A stretch of DNA of 64,000 nt from Eledone cirrhosa (GCA_964016885.1 OZ024740.1:138632001-138696000); one strand, 5' to 3'. Positions 27,401 through 38,134 are shown, counted from the stretch's first letter. Made by a program: numbers and translations. Notes: generated by a model not told the origin, from the letters alone.

Positions 27401-27880
27401 TTACCCGTTCGAGAAAGGCTCTACAGACACGGGCGCCCGGGTAGGGACCCCGCCAAAAAGATCTGTCCCAGATGCGTGTGCGACGAGGAAACCGTTGCAC
27501 ACGCATTAGTACACTGCTCGGGCGTAGCCGATCTGTGGGGCTATGTCGAACAACTGCTGTCAAGGGTGGGACCGATCCGGTTGACCACCGAGTCTATTGT
27601 AATGATCAAGCCGCCTCCCCCCTTCAAAGATGAAGCAGAGGCGGTGTTTCTGTGCGTAATAGCCATGGCGAAAGAGGTTGTATGGTGGACGCGTCTGAAA
27701 GGACTGAGGTCGGGCACCTTTCTCTCTGGCCAACAACTGGTCCGTTTCTTCCGATATCATTTCGGAAGAAGGATCAGGATGGAGAGAGAGGTGCTGCACC
27801 CCAGCCGTTTCTATGAAAGATGGGTGAAAGTGGCGAGAATGGCCCGTGTGAATGGGCCTTCACTCTACATCAGACTATAG
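24415..27880 (+). other. Predicted GT-AG intron spanning all of ORF2 (copy A1)
   Basis: Donor AG|GTAAGT at 24415; pyrimidine tract + CTATAG|G at 27880; splicing restores AGG TGA. Confidence 0.6.
24443..27880 (+). CDS. ORF2: APE endonuclease + reverse transcriptase + C-terminal zinc finger
   Basis: LNARGL, GDWN, SYLDR, SDH; KSPGLDG, FRPITLLN, LDQSKAFDRV, RQGCPLS, YADD; CPRC...ETVAHALVHC. First ATG at 24443 (the track starts at GTG 24419). Confidence 0.95.
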   Translation: MAMLRVGCLNARGLGSTWKQAMLLNDLRSQRIDVMVICEARISNVRQLAPTFDDFEMHASLCQPGGGGGVVVLLQKHLGLATQMVHLDPEGRLVVLDLGSGKGGAFRLVAAYGPFGSMRPDFFHRLETFLGTSRSLLLVGDWNGILDARWDYVGACPDREGCNSLKGLIGRFDLADRYRLDFPTAPTWTWANRSGSSRSYLDRFLVRIKDKEFLSCPKMRIVGYSDHKLVTCMVNLDRTHRQGPGYWKLNLSLPASRAYRNRISTLVKERLTGAIVNSRWWVSLKREIRVVSIEFSKVLAADRNRKERELIDRVEEAIRSGDVARVLASRTALSQFFDAKHEGCVVRSKIRALGNEGTKAVSWARVTEANSGTKSTIRSLRDLDGRAILEPKQMCEAFQRHFARLFGRGGEPVGNVDFGPYLDGLPRLSDREAKSCEEPISAAEIEDVLSQCGKRKSPGLDGLPYELYLAMPDLFPDLLEAVYCNWRQNGRIPCTVTKGVVTLVRKDENKGDEISNFRPITLLNTELQILAKVLAKRLALVVGNLVGDAQTCAIPSRSIHDNLHLMRYIIERVGNEPGFGGALINLDQSKAFDRVDHGYLDAVLAAAGFGPVFRGWITAMHSSRICSRVKVNGYLSEPFKIARSIRQGCPLSSLLYVLTLEPLLRKLELLQGIPLEPGLRKAVSAYADDVTVMVSTASEIEAVGTLLEEYEKFTGAKLNRDKSIGLQLGTWRGRPMPSDSVVGRWTEGPVKLLGVWFGPDLQVEKNWAEVTNRVFALTQKWASCKLSLKGRAEVANTYIASVIYYRLTVVPCPRETLTKMERALFQFLWKRRAPMVRRSICCQHPSKGGLGMPWLMMRKHALRLRHLYVFLTGQPVWASFVRRTFPRLVSLTELQSWVKQRPRKLGAWHTECAQALTALWQADPVISGDSTATFYRGLVRSRCDDALGEALDMEEDELASLFGRTFSPGPMDNFQKSLAWQCYRGALPVRERLYRHGRPGRDPAKKICPRCVCDEETVAHALVHCSGVADLWGYVEQLLSRVGPIRLTTESIVMIKPPPPFKDEAEAVFLCVIAMAKEVVWWTRLKGLRSGTFLSGQQLVRFFRYHFGRRIRMEREVLHPSRFYERWVKVARMARVNGPSLYIRL

Positions 27881-28144
27881 GTGAGGAAGATGAAAGACCA
27901 AGGGAGCACCCCTTCTCTGTGCTCCTGAGGAGAAGGGTTGCACACTTTTTTCGGGGGTGTGTGCGACCCCCCAAGGCGCCTCCTCTCTATTGAGGATTTT
28001 GTTAAAAATTTTATTTTTTGTTATATCTTATTTTATTTTTATATTTTGTTATTGCCTTCTCCTTATTGAGGACGCCTTTTTGTGTAAACTCCCCCCTTTG
28101 TACTTGTCCCACTTTTGATGCCCTAGTGGCAAATAAAAGAAATA

Positions 28145-28199
<55 letters not shown>

Positions 28200-30038
28200 T
28201 AAGCCTAGCTGTCGTCTGTTCTACAGTGTGGATGTAATTCACTTCGCGCAGAAGTTTTGTTCAAATTTATTGCGTTCCATATTACGCGATCCATTCGACA
28301 GGGATGCCCTCTCTCCTCCCTTCTGTACGTACTGACTCTCGAGCCACTACTGCGGAAGCTGGAGCTATTGCAGGGCATCCCTCTGGAACCGGGACTGCGG
28401 AAAGCGGCGTCGGCCTACGCCGACGACGTGACAGTAATGGTGTCGAGCGCCTCGCAAATCGAGGAAGTCGGCACCTTACTAAAGGAATACGAAAGTCTCA
28501 CAGGAGCGAAGCTGAACCGGGACAAGTCCATCGGTTTGCAACTCGGATCGTGGAGAGGCAAACCGATGCCTTCCGATGGCGTCGTCGGACGCTGGACGGA
28601 AGGACCGGTAAAGCTGCTCGGGGTCTGGTTTGGTCCGGACCTCCAGGTGGAGAAGAACTGGAACGAAGTGACGGCCAAGGTGTTTGCACTCACCCAGAAG
28701 TGGGCCGAGTGCAAACTATCCTTGAAAGGTCGAGCGGAGGTTGCGAACACTTTTATAGCGTCCGCCATCTACTACCGCTTGACCGTCGTGCCTTGTCCAG
28801 CCAAAACGCTCGCCAAAATGGAGCGCGCGCTCTTCCGATTCCTTTGGAAGAGGCGGGCTCCTTTGGTGAGAAGATCCATCTGCTGCCAACACCCTTCTAA
28901 CGGAGGGCTGGGGATGCCGTGGTTGACGATGCGCAAACACGCGCTCAGGCTGCGGCATCTCTACGTATTCCTCACCGGACAACCGGTGTGGGCCCCGTTC
29001 GTGAGGCGAGCCTTCCCACGACTCGTCTCGCTGACCGAGCTGCAGTCCTGGGTCAAGCAGAGACCGAGGAAAATGGGCGACTGGCACATCGAATGTGCTC
29101 AGGCGCTCACAGCCCTCTGGCAGGCGGACCCGGAGATCAGTGGAGACTCCACTTCGTCATTCTATAGAGGGTTGGTCCGCAGCAAGTGCGACGACGCGCT
29201 CGGTGAAACTCTAGGCGTAGAGGAAGATGAACTGGCCAGTCTGTTCGGTAGGACCTTCCGCCCGGGACCGATGGACAACTTCCAAAAGTCCCTGGCCTGG
29301 CAGTGCTACCGAGGAGCTCTACCAGTTCGAGACAAGCTCTACAGACATGGGCGCCCGGGCAGGGGCCCTGCAAGAAAGATCTGTCCGAGGTGCGTGCGAG
29401 ACGAAGAAACCGTCGCGCACGCATTCATACACTGCCCGGGCGTCACTGACCTGTGGGGCTATGTAGAACGACTATTGTCGCGGGTGGGACCAATCCGGTT
29501 GACCACCGAGTCCATTGTCATGATCAAACCGCCACCCTCCTTCAAAAACGAAGGAGAGGCGGTTTTCCTTTGTGTGATAGCTATAGCGAAAGAGGTTGTA
29601 TGGTGGACAAGGTTGAAAGGGCTGAGGTCAGACACCTTTCTCTCCGGCCAACAACTGATTCTTTTTTTCAAATACCACTTTGGAAGAAGAATCAGGATGG
29701 AGAGAGAGGTGCTGTACCCCAGCAAGTTTTATGAAAGGTGGGTGAAAGTGGCGAGAATGGCCCGAGTGAATGGGCCTTCTCTCTATATCAGCCTGTAGGT
29801 TGAGGAAAAGGAGGAGGAGAGGAAAGGAGTACAAGCTCTTCGTACTCCTGGAGATGAGGGTTGCACATTTTTTTTTCGGGGGTATGTGTTACCCATATAA
29901 ACTGTCTCCCTCTATTGGGGAAAATCGACTAACTTTTAAATTCCATCTGTGATAACATTTTACACGTTTTTATTGTATGTAACTTCCCCCTTTGTATTTG
30001 TCCCCTTCTTTTGTGCCCCTGTGGCTAATAAAGAAATA
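28200..30038 (+). mobile_element. Chimeric Tx1 copy C: 75-nt leader of subfamily B fused to a 5'-truncated ORF2 of a third subfamily
   Basis: 28200-28274 is identical to 32262-32336. 28275-29798 is an open RT/C-terminal fragment with its own 3'UTR and TATC tail. Confidence 0.9.
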
Positions 30039-30074
<36 letters not shown>

Positions 30075-32166
30075 GTTGGCGCTTGTCGTGGGCAACCTGG
30101 TGGGAGATGCGCAGACATGCGCTATCCCGTCCAGGTCCATCCATGACAACCTTCACCTCATGCGATACATCATAGAGAGGGTTGGGAACGAACCCGGCTT
30201 TGGTGGGGCTCTGATCAACTTGGATCAATCTAAGGCGTTCGATAGGGTCGACCATGGTTACCTGGATGCGGTGCTAGCGGCGGCAGGCTTCGGACCCGTT
30301 TTCAGGGGCTGGATCACTGCTATGCACAGCAGCCGTATCTGCTCTAGGGTCAAGGTGAACGGCTACCTCTCGGAGCCGTTCAAAATCGCGCGGTCCATCC
30401 GACAAGGGTGCCCTCTCTCCTCCCTTCTGTATGTGTTGACTCTCGAGCCACTACTGCGGAAGTTGGAGTTGTTGCAGGGCATCCCTTTGGAACCGGGATT
30501 GCGGAAAGCGGTGTCGGCCTACGCCGATGACGTGACAGTAATGGTGTCGACGGCCTCCGAAATCGAGGCGGTCGGCACCTTACTGGAGGAGTACGAAAAG
30601 TTCACAGGGGCTAAGCTGAACCGGGACAAGTCGATCGGTTTGCAACTCGGCACGTGGAGGGGCAGACCGATGCCCTCCGATAGCGTCGTCGGACGCTGGA
30701 CGGAGGGCCCGGTGAAGTTGCTCGGGGTCTGGTTCGGACCGGACCTCCAGGTGGAGAAAAACTGGGCGGAGGTTACGAACAGGGTGTTTGCACTGACCCA
30801 GAAGTGGGCCAGTTGCAAACTATCCCTGAAAGGTCGGGCGGAGGTGGCGAACACCTACATAGCGTCCGTCATCTACTACCGCCTGACCGTAGTGCCCTGC
30901 CCAAGGGAAACCCTCACCAAGATGGAGCGCGCGCTCTTCCAATTCCTTTGGAAGAGGCGGGCTCCTATGGTGAGGAGATCCATCTGCTGTCAACACCCTT
31001 CGAAAGGAGGGCTGGGGATGCCGTGGCTAATGATGCGTAAACACGCATTAAGGCTACGGCACCTCTACGTATTCCTCACCGGACAACCGGTGTGGGCCTC
31101 GTTTGTGAGACGAACCTTTCCCAGACTCGTCTCACTCACCGAGCTGCAATCCTGGGTCAAGCAAAGACCGAGAAAACTGGGCGCCTGGCACACTGAGTGT
31201 GCCCAGGCGCTCACCGCCCTCTGGCAGGCGGATCCGGTTATCAGTGGAGACTCCACCGCAACATTCTATAGAGGGCTGGTACGCAGCAGGTGCGACGACG
31301 CCCTCGGAGAAGCCCTAGACATGGAGGAGGACGAACTGGCCAGCCTGTTCGGTAGGACATTCAGCCCGGGACCTATGGACAACTTCCAGAAGTCCCTGGC
31401 CTGGCAGTGCTACCGAGGGGCTTTACCCGTTCGAGAAAGGCTCTACAGACACGGGCGCCCGGGTAGGGACCCCGCCAAAAAGATCTGTCCCAGATGCGTG
31501 TGCGACGAGGAAACCGTTGCACACGCATTGGTACACTGCTCGGGCGTAGCCGATCTGTGGGGCTATGTCGAACAACTGCTGTCAAGGGTGGGACCGATCC
31601 GGTTGACCACCGAGTCTATTGTAATGATCAAGCCGCCTCCCCCCTTCAAAGATGAAGCAGAGGCGGTGTTTCTGTGCGTAATAGCCATGGCGAAAGAGGT
31701 TGTATGGTGGACGCGTCTGAAAGGACTGAGGTCAGGCACCTTTCTCTCTGGCCAACAACTGGTCCGTTTCTTCCGATATCATTTCGGAAGAAGGATCAGG
31801 ATGGAGAGAGAGGTGCTGCACCCCAGCCGTTTCTATGAAAGATGGGTGAAAGTGGCGAGAATGGCCCGTGTGAATGGGCCTTCACTCTACATCAGACTAT
31901 AGGTGAGGAAGATGAAAGACCAAGGGAGCACCCCTTCTCTGTGCTCCTGAGGAGAAGGGTTGCACACTTTTTTCGGGGGTGTGTGCGACCCCCCAAGGCG
32001 CCTCCTCTCTATTGAGGATTTTGTTAAAAATTTTATTTTTTGTTATATCTTATTTTATTTTTATATTTTGTTATTGCCTCCTCCTTATTGAGGACGCCTT
32101 TTTGTGTAAACTCCCCCCTTTGTACTTGTCCCACTTTTGATGCCCTAGTGGCAAATAAAAGAAACA
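30075..32166 (+). mobile_element. 5'-truncated Tx1 copy A2
   Basis: Near-identical to 26053-28144 (offset 4022); ORF2 fragment open to 31902. Confidence 0.95.
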
Positions 32167-32239
<73 letters not shown>

Positions 32240-32665
32240 GTCTATCTATCTATCTATCTATTAAGCCTAGCTGTCGTCTGTTCTACAGTGTGGATGTAAT
32301 TCACTTCGCGCAGAAGTTTTGTTCAAATTTATTGCGGAAATTTTGTGAGTTCAAATTTAATTTTGATACTATTGTGTAGCTTGACCCCCCGTCTGAACTG
32401 TCAGGCGGTGGGTCAGCTCATCTTTACCCCTCCTAGAGGTGAAAAACCTGTTTTAAAAAATTTTGTGGCAAAACAAATTTCAATCGTCTGACAGAAATGT
32501 TAAACGAAGCGAACGAAAATAGTGGTGGGGGGACAGCGGTAAGAGTTGTAAGCTCGCACGCTTTAGTCCCTCCTTCCTTCCCAACTAACGTCATAGAGAA
32601 GGAAGGAAAAATTAAAATAAAAACACGAATCTGCGGAGAAAAATGACGAAAACACAAATCTGGAC

Positions 32666-34396
32666 ATGGATTCTAACAACGAAAAAAAAAAATTTGAAAA
32701 ATTGCATGACAATACTAATACCACAAACAAAGACACAACAAACACAAAAATAACATTTAAAAATAACACCATAACAGAAAGCAAAGCAGACGACAGAGTC
32801 AAGATTTCATTTGCACAAACAACAAAGAAATATTTGACATATATACCCGAAAATATTTCAGATGTGGCACGAAGAATCACAGACGCCAAACAATACATAA
32901 GTGAAGGAGAGAATGGTATTTTATCGGTAAAAATGCCTCAAGAACTCACCAAAGACATTGAAAGTCGAACGGTCGTGTTCCGCACCATCAACAACACTTC
33001 AAACAAACCTGAACAGCCTTCTCAAGCAGATATCAAAACAGTACTCACAGAAGTACTTAATGAAACCACTTTCATAAGAAAAGACAGACTGTATGGAAGC
33101 CTAGCAATTATCATGAAGAACGAATCGGCGGCAAAAAAATGTGTTTTGTCACCGATTCGTTCGAAAAATTTTACCTTTTATCCATCTTATATGGGGAAAA
33201 GAACTCAACGCATATGGCTGGATGCAATGATGCCAGATGTGGACTACTGCTGGCTCATAGCTGGCTTCATCGATCCAGTGAATGACAACGTGATTTCCAT
33301 TGGGAAAACCACAGGCAATGCGTTCAGTGGAACAGGTATAGAGCTGGTAGTGCAAATGAAGCCTGAACGCATCGCCCAAATACCCGACAGAATCCTATTA
33401 GAGGGCCACGGGTATATAAACTTTAGCGTGGAGGGGAGAAGGCCGTCCCGTCATATCTGTGCAGGCAGAGGGCACCTGAAGGCCGCTTGTCCCCAACTCA
33501 ACAAAAAGAAAACCCTGCTACCAACACCAGCTCCACCACCACCACCACAACAGATAAACAAACAACAAAACTCAGTCCCACCCAACCCGTCCCTCAGTAA
33601 AACCACACCACCACCACAACACAAACAGTCACAACACATTACCCCAAAACAAAATACAGGCCCACCCAACCTCTCACTCAATAAAACAACACAACCACCG
33701 CAGACACAACACACAACACAGTCTAACATAGTGACATCCATCTCCCCCACAAAGAAAACCAACACGGAAACATTACCAGCAAACATACCTCTTCCCTCCA
33801 ACACTGAAGATAACCCAACGAATTCGGAGGAAGAAACGGAGTCCTTCAGACAGATTAAAAGGAAAAAAAGAAAACATGTGCAAAACACACAAGGCCAAAC
33901 AACCCCCACCCAAATCTCAACACAATCCAACAAAACAGAAAACACCCCTCCAGCAACAAACAAAACCAAACCTGCCCCTCCCCTCTTCGAAACACTCACA
34001 CCATCCGAAAAAAAGACATTACACTATACTTACATCAACAGAAACAATAATAAATTAAATGAACTCATATACAATAATCCTTCGGTACAAACCAAAGGTG
34101 GAAACTTTGTTATTTCAGAAAACTACCCACATTTAAAATTAATAAAGATCCCAATGAACCTCTACCAAAAACTAAAAAAGGATTTTAAGGAGGACGTAGG
34201 ACCACCCTCTGTCAAACCCATAAACCGCGTCCTACTAAAAAGATTTCCCCCTCCCCTTCCCCTCCCCAACACAACTCCAAACACCCCAACCACACCACAC
34301 ACTGACGACCCCACACCACCACAAGACACCCCTTCACCCAACACCCCCGACCCCATGGAAGTCGTGCAACCCGAACCCCGGGAAGCGGAAAGGTAG
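32666..34396 (+). CDS. ORF1 of copy B (zinc-knuckle first Cys changed to Arg; true start possibly ATG 32497 with a frameshift)
   Basis: Shares KDRLYGSL, FYP.YMG.RTQ, AFSGT..ELVVQM.PERIAQIP and FKEDVGPP with A1; RHICAGRGHLKAAC. Confidence 0.8.
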   Translation: MDSNNEKKKFEKLHDNTNTTNKDTTNTKITFKNNTITESKADDRVKISFAQTTKKYLTYIPENISDVARRITDAKQYISEGENGILSVKMPQELTKDIESRTVVFRTINNTSNKPEQPSQADIKTVLTEVLNETTFIRKDRLYGSLAIIMKNESAAKKCVLSPIRSKNFTFYPSYMGKRTQRIWLDAMMPDVDYCWLIAGFIDPVNDNVISIGKTTGNAFSGTGIELVVQMKPERIAQIPDRILLEGHGYINFSVEGRRPSRHICAGRGHLKAACPQLNKKKTLLPTPAPPPPPQQINKQQNSVPPNPSLSKTTPPPQHKQSQHITPKQNTGPPNLSLNKTTQPPQTQHTTQSNIVTSISPTKKTNTETLPANIPLPSNTEDNPTNSEEETESFRQIKRKKRKHVQNTQGQTTPTQISTQSNKTENTPPATNKTKPAPPLFETLTPSEKKTLHYTYINRNNNKLNELIYNNPSVQTKGGNFVISENYPHLKLIKIPMNLYQKLKKDFKEDVGPPSVKPINRVLLKRFPPPLPLPNTTPNTPTTPHTDDPTPPQDTPSPNTPDPMEVVQPEPREAER

Positions 34397-37300
34397 GTCT
34401 CTACACTCTCCTTTGGCTCTGCCGCCCACATGGATGTGTTAAGAGTAGGATGTTTGAATGCACGTGGCCTGGGCTCAACTTGGAAGCAAGCAAAGCTTCT
34501 AAATGACCTCAGGTCATGTGGTATAAATGTAATGGTTATCTGTGAGACTCGAATCAGCGTCGTGCGGCAGCTGGCCCCTACCTTCGATGACTTTGAGGTG
34601 CATGCATCTCTCTGTCAACCTGGAGGTGGGGGTGGGGTTGTCGTACTGCTGCAAAAACACCTGGGTCTTGCCGTACAGGTTGTGCACTCGGACCCGGAGG
34701 GTCGTTTGTTGGTGCTAGACGTTGGCAGTAGTGAAGGTGCGGCCTTGAGACTGGTCGCCGTCTACTCCCCTTTCGGAGCTGAACGGCCCGACTTCTTCCA
34801 GCGTTTGGAGACTTTTCTGGGAACGTCGCGTTCCCTGCTTCTAGCGGGGGATTGGAATGACATCCTAGATGCACGTTGGGACTATGCAGGAGCATTTCCT
34901 AATAGAGGGGGGTGTAACAGCCTCAAGGGGTTACTCGACCGTTTTAACTTGGTCGATAGATATCGACTAGATTTTCCAACTGTGCCTACCTGGACTTGGA
35001 GAAACCACAGTGGTCAATCTAGATCGTACTTAGATAGATTCTTAGTTAGAAGTAAGGATAGGGACATATTAAGCTGTCCAGAAATGCGCACGGTTGGCTA
35101 CGCGGATCACAAATTAGTGATCTGCTTAGTCAATCTCGAGAAAACACATAAACAGGGTCCCGGTTACTGGAAACTTAATTTGTCTTTACCGGCAAAAGAG
35201 ACTTACAGAAACCGGATTAGCAGATTAGTTAAGGAGAGGTTGACGGGTGCAATCGTCAACAACCGATGGTGGGAATCTCTCAAAAGAGAGATTAGAACAG
35301 AATCAATAAGTTATAGCAAGATGTTAGCTGCCGATAGGAATAGAAACGAGAAAGAATTAACAGGTAAATTAGAAGAGGCAATCAAGAGCGAAGATGTAGC
35401 CAGAGTGCTGGCATCGAGGACGGCCTTGAACCAGTTTTTCGATGCAAAGCACGAAGGCTGCGTCATTCGAAGTAAAATACGTGCTCTAGGTAATGAGGGG
35501 GCCAAAGCCGTTGGCTGGGCCCGCGTGACAGAAGCTAAGAGTGGAAATCGATCCACCATCCGGTCGTTGCAAGACGAAGATGGACGGGTGATCCGGGAGC
35601 CTAAGCAGATGTGCGAGGCCTTTCAAAGGCCCTTTGCCCGATTGTTCGGGGGAGGCGAGGGTCCCGGCGGGGGCGTGGATTTCGGTCCATACCTCGACGG
35701 CCTGCCGCGTCTCTCGAGCGAAGAGGCAGAGTCCTGCGAGGGACCAATCTCGGCTAATGAGATCGGAGATGCGCTGAGCCAATGCAGCAGACGCAAATCT
35801 CCAGGTCTCGATGGTATACCTTACGAACTTTATTTAGCAATGCCGGTCTTCTTCTCCGAACTCCTCGAAGAGGTCTACTGCAATTGGCAGCAGAACGGGA
35901 GAATTCCTTGTTCTGTAGCCAAGGGCGTAGTCACGCTGGTGAGGAAGGACGAGAACAAGGGAGATAGTATAAATAATTTTCGGCCCATAACCCTGCTAAA
36001 CGCAGAGTTAAAGATTTTGGCCAAGGTGTTAGCAAAGAGGTTGGCGCTTGTCGTGGGTGGCCTGGTGGGAGATGCGCAGACATGTGCTATCCCATCAAGG
36101 TCCATTCACGATAACCTCCACCTCATGCGATACATCATAGAGAGGGTTGGCAACAAACCTGGCTTCGGTGGGGCTCTGATCAACTTGGATCAGTCTAAGG
36201 CCTTCGATAGGGTCGACCATGGTTACCTGGATGCGGTGCTAGCGGCGGCTGGGTTCGGTCCTGTTTTCAGAGGCTAGATCACTGCCTTACATAGCAACCA
36301 CATCTGTTCTAGGATCAAGGTGAACGGCTACCTTTCGAAGCCGTTCGAAATCACACGATCCATTCGATAGGGGTGCCCTCTCTCCTCCCTTCTGTGCGTA
36401 TTGACTCTCGAGCCTTTACTGAGGAAGTTGGAGTTGTTGCAGGGTATCCCCCTGGAACCAGGATTGAGCAAAGCGGTGTCAGCCTACGCCGATGACGTAA
36501 CAGTAATGGTATCGACCGACTCGGAGATCGAGGCGATCGGTACCTTACTGGAGGATTACGAAAGGTTGTCAGGAGCGAAACTGAACCGGGAAAAATCCAT
36601 CGGGCTGCAACTCGGAACGTGGAGAGGCAGACCGATGCCTCCCGACGGTGTCGTCGGACACTGGACGGAGGGCCCGGTAAAGTTGCTTGGGGTCTGGTTT
36701 GGACCGGACCTCCAGGTGGAAAAGAACTGGAACGAGGTTACGAACAAGGTGTTTGCACTAACCCAGAAATGGACCAAGTGTAAGCTGTCCCTAAAAGGGC
36801 GGGCGGAGGTAGTGAACATTTACATAGCGTCCGTCACTTACTACCGCCTGACTGTCGTGCCTTGCCCTAAGGAAACACTCACCACCATGGAACGCATGCT
36901 CTTCCAATTTCTTTGGAAGAAGCGCCCTCCTATGGTGAGAAGATCCATATGCTGCCAACAACCTTCGAAAAGAGGGCTGGGGATGCCGTGGTTGATGATG
37001 CGTAGGCACGCATTAAGGCTACGGCACCTACAGGTATTCCTCACTGGTAAACCGGTGTGGGCTCCGTTCGTGAAACGAGCCTTTCCGAGACTCGTCTCGC
37101 TCACCGAGCTGCAGTCCTGGGTCAAGCAAAGATCCGGAAAACTGGGAGACTGGCACACTGAGTGTGCTCAGGCGCTCAGGGCTCTCTGGCAAGCGGGCCA
37201 GGCCGTCGGTGGAGAATCCACCTCATCATTCTATAGAGGGCTGGTGGCTAGCAGGGGCGATGACACCCTTGGAGAGTCGCTGGACATGGAAGAGGACGAA

Positions 37301-37867
37301 CTGGCCAGCCTGTTCGGTAGGACTTTCGGCCCAGGACCAATGGACAACTTCCAGAAGTCACTGGCCTGGCAGTGCTACCGGGGGGCTCTACCCGTTCGAG
37401 AGAAGCTCTACAGACAAGGGCGCCCGGGCAGGGATCCCTCAAAAAAGATTTGCCCTAGATGCGTGCGTCACGAAGAAACCGTTGCGCACGCATTGGTGCA
37501 ATGTCTGGGCGTGGCTGATCTGTGGGGCTACGCCGAACGACTGCTGTCGCGGGTGGCGCCGATTCAATTGACCGCCGAGTCCGTGATCACAATCAAACCG
37601 CCTCCCCTCTTCACAAAGGAAGCAAAGGCGGTTTTTCTGTGCGTAATAGCCATGTTGAAAGAGGTTGTTTGGTGGACACGATTGAAAGGTCTGAGGTCAG
37701 GCAACTTCCTCTCTGGCCATAGTCTGGTCTACTTCTTCCGATATCACTTCGGAAGAAGGATAAGAACGGAGAGAGAGGTGCTTGGCCACAGGCAGTTTTA
37801 TGAAAGGTGGGTGATAGTGGCGAGAATGGCTCGTGTAAATGGGCCTTCTCTGTATACCATCCTGTAG
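34393..37867 (+). other. Predicted GT-AG intron spanning all of ORF2 (copy B)
   Basis: Donor AG|GTAGGT at 34393; CCTTCTCTGTATACCATCCTGTAG|G at 37867; splicing restores AGG TAA. Confidence 0.6.
34430..37867 (+). pseudogene. ORF2 of copy B with in-frame stops at 36275-36277 (W>TAG) and 36368-36370 (Q>TAG)
   Basis: Colinear with A1 ORF2; the track splits it into 34430..36277 and 36401..37867. Confidence 0.92.
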
Positions 37868-38081
37868 GTAAAGTAAAGGAGAAGGGAGCACCTTCTCCAT
37901 GTGCTCCCCGGGCAAAGGATTGCACACTTTTTCGGGGGTGTGTGCAACCCCCATCACGTCCCCTCCCTTTTGAGGTTATTTTCGTTTATTTTCATTTTAT
38001 ACCCTTTTTACTCGATTGTATGTAAACTCCCCCTTTGTATTTGTCCCTTCTTTTTATGCCTTTATGGTAAATAAAGAAATA

Positions 38082-38121
<40 letters not shown>

Positions 38122-38134
38122 CATCTATCTATAG

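Larger units (their letters stand above)
22418..28144 (+). mobile_element. Full-length, apparently intact L1/Tx1-clade non-LTR retrotransposon (copy A1)
   Basis: 5'UTR, ORF1, APE-RT-zinc-finger ORF2, 3'UTR with AATAAA; bounded by (TATC)n, no poly(A). Confidence 0.95.
32262..38081 (+). mobile_element. Full-length Tx1 copy B (divergent subfamily, inactivated)
   Basis: Leader, ORF1, ORF2 with nonsense codons, 3'UTR, TATC tail. Confidence 0.95.

Noticed and set aside
29992-30074. N-terminus of the 636-aa ORF (also 28257-28274 of the 513-aa ORF)
   Set aside because: Chance read-through of 3'UTR/TATC or leader sequence into truncated ORF2 fragments.
26053-32336. Copy C flanked by a 2.2-kb 'target-site duplication' or tandem duplication
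   Set aside because: The geometry fits, but all coding differences between A1 and A2 are synonymous, which favours independent insertions. Not fully excluded.
24895-37957. Antisense and alternative-frame ORFs within Tx1 ORF2 (e.g. 26497..26832, 28304..28900)
   Set aside because: Shadow ORFs expected in GC-rich coding sequence; their recurrence follows sense-strand conservation.
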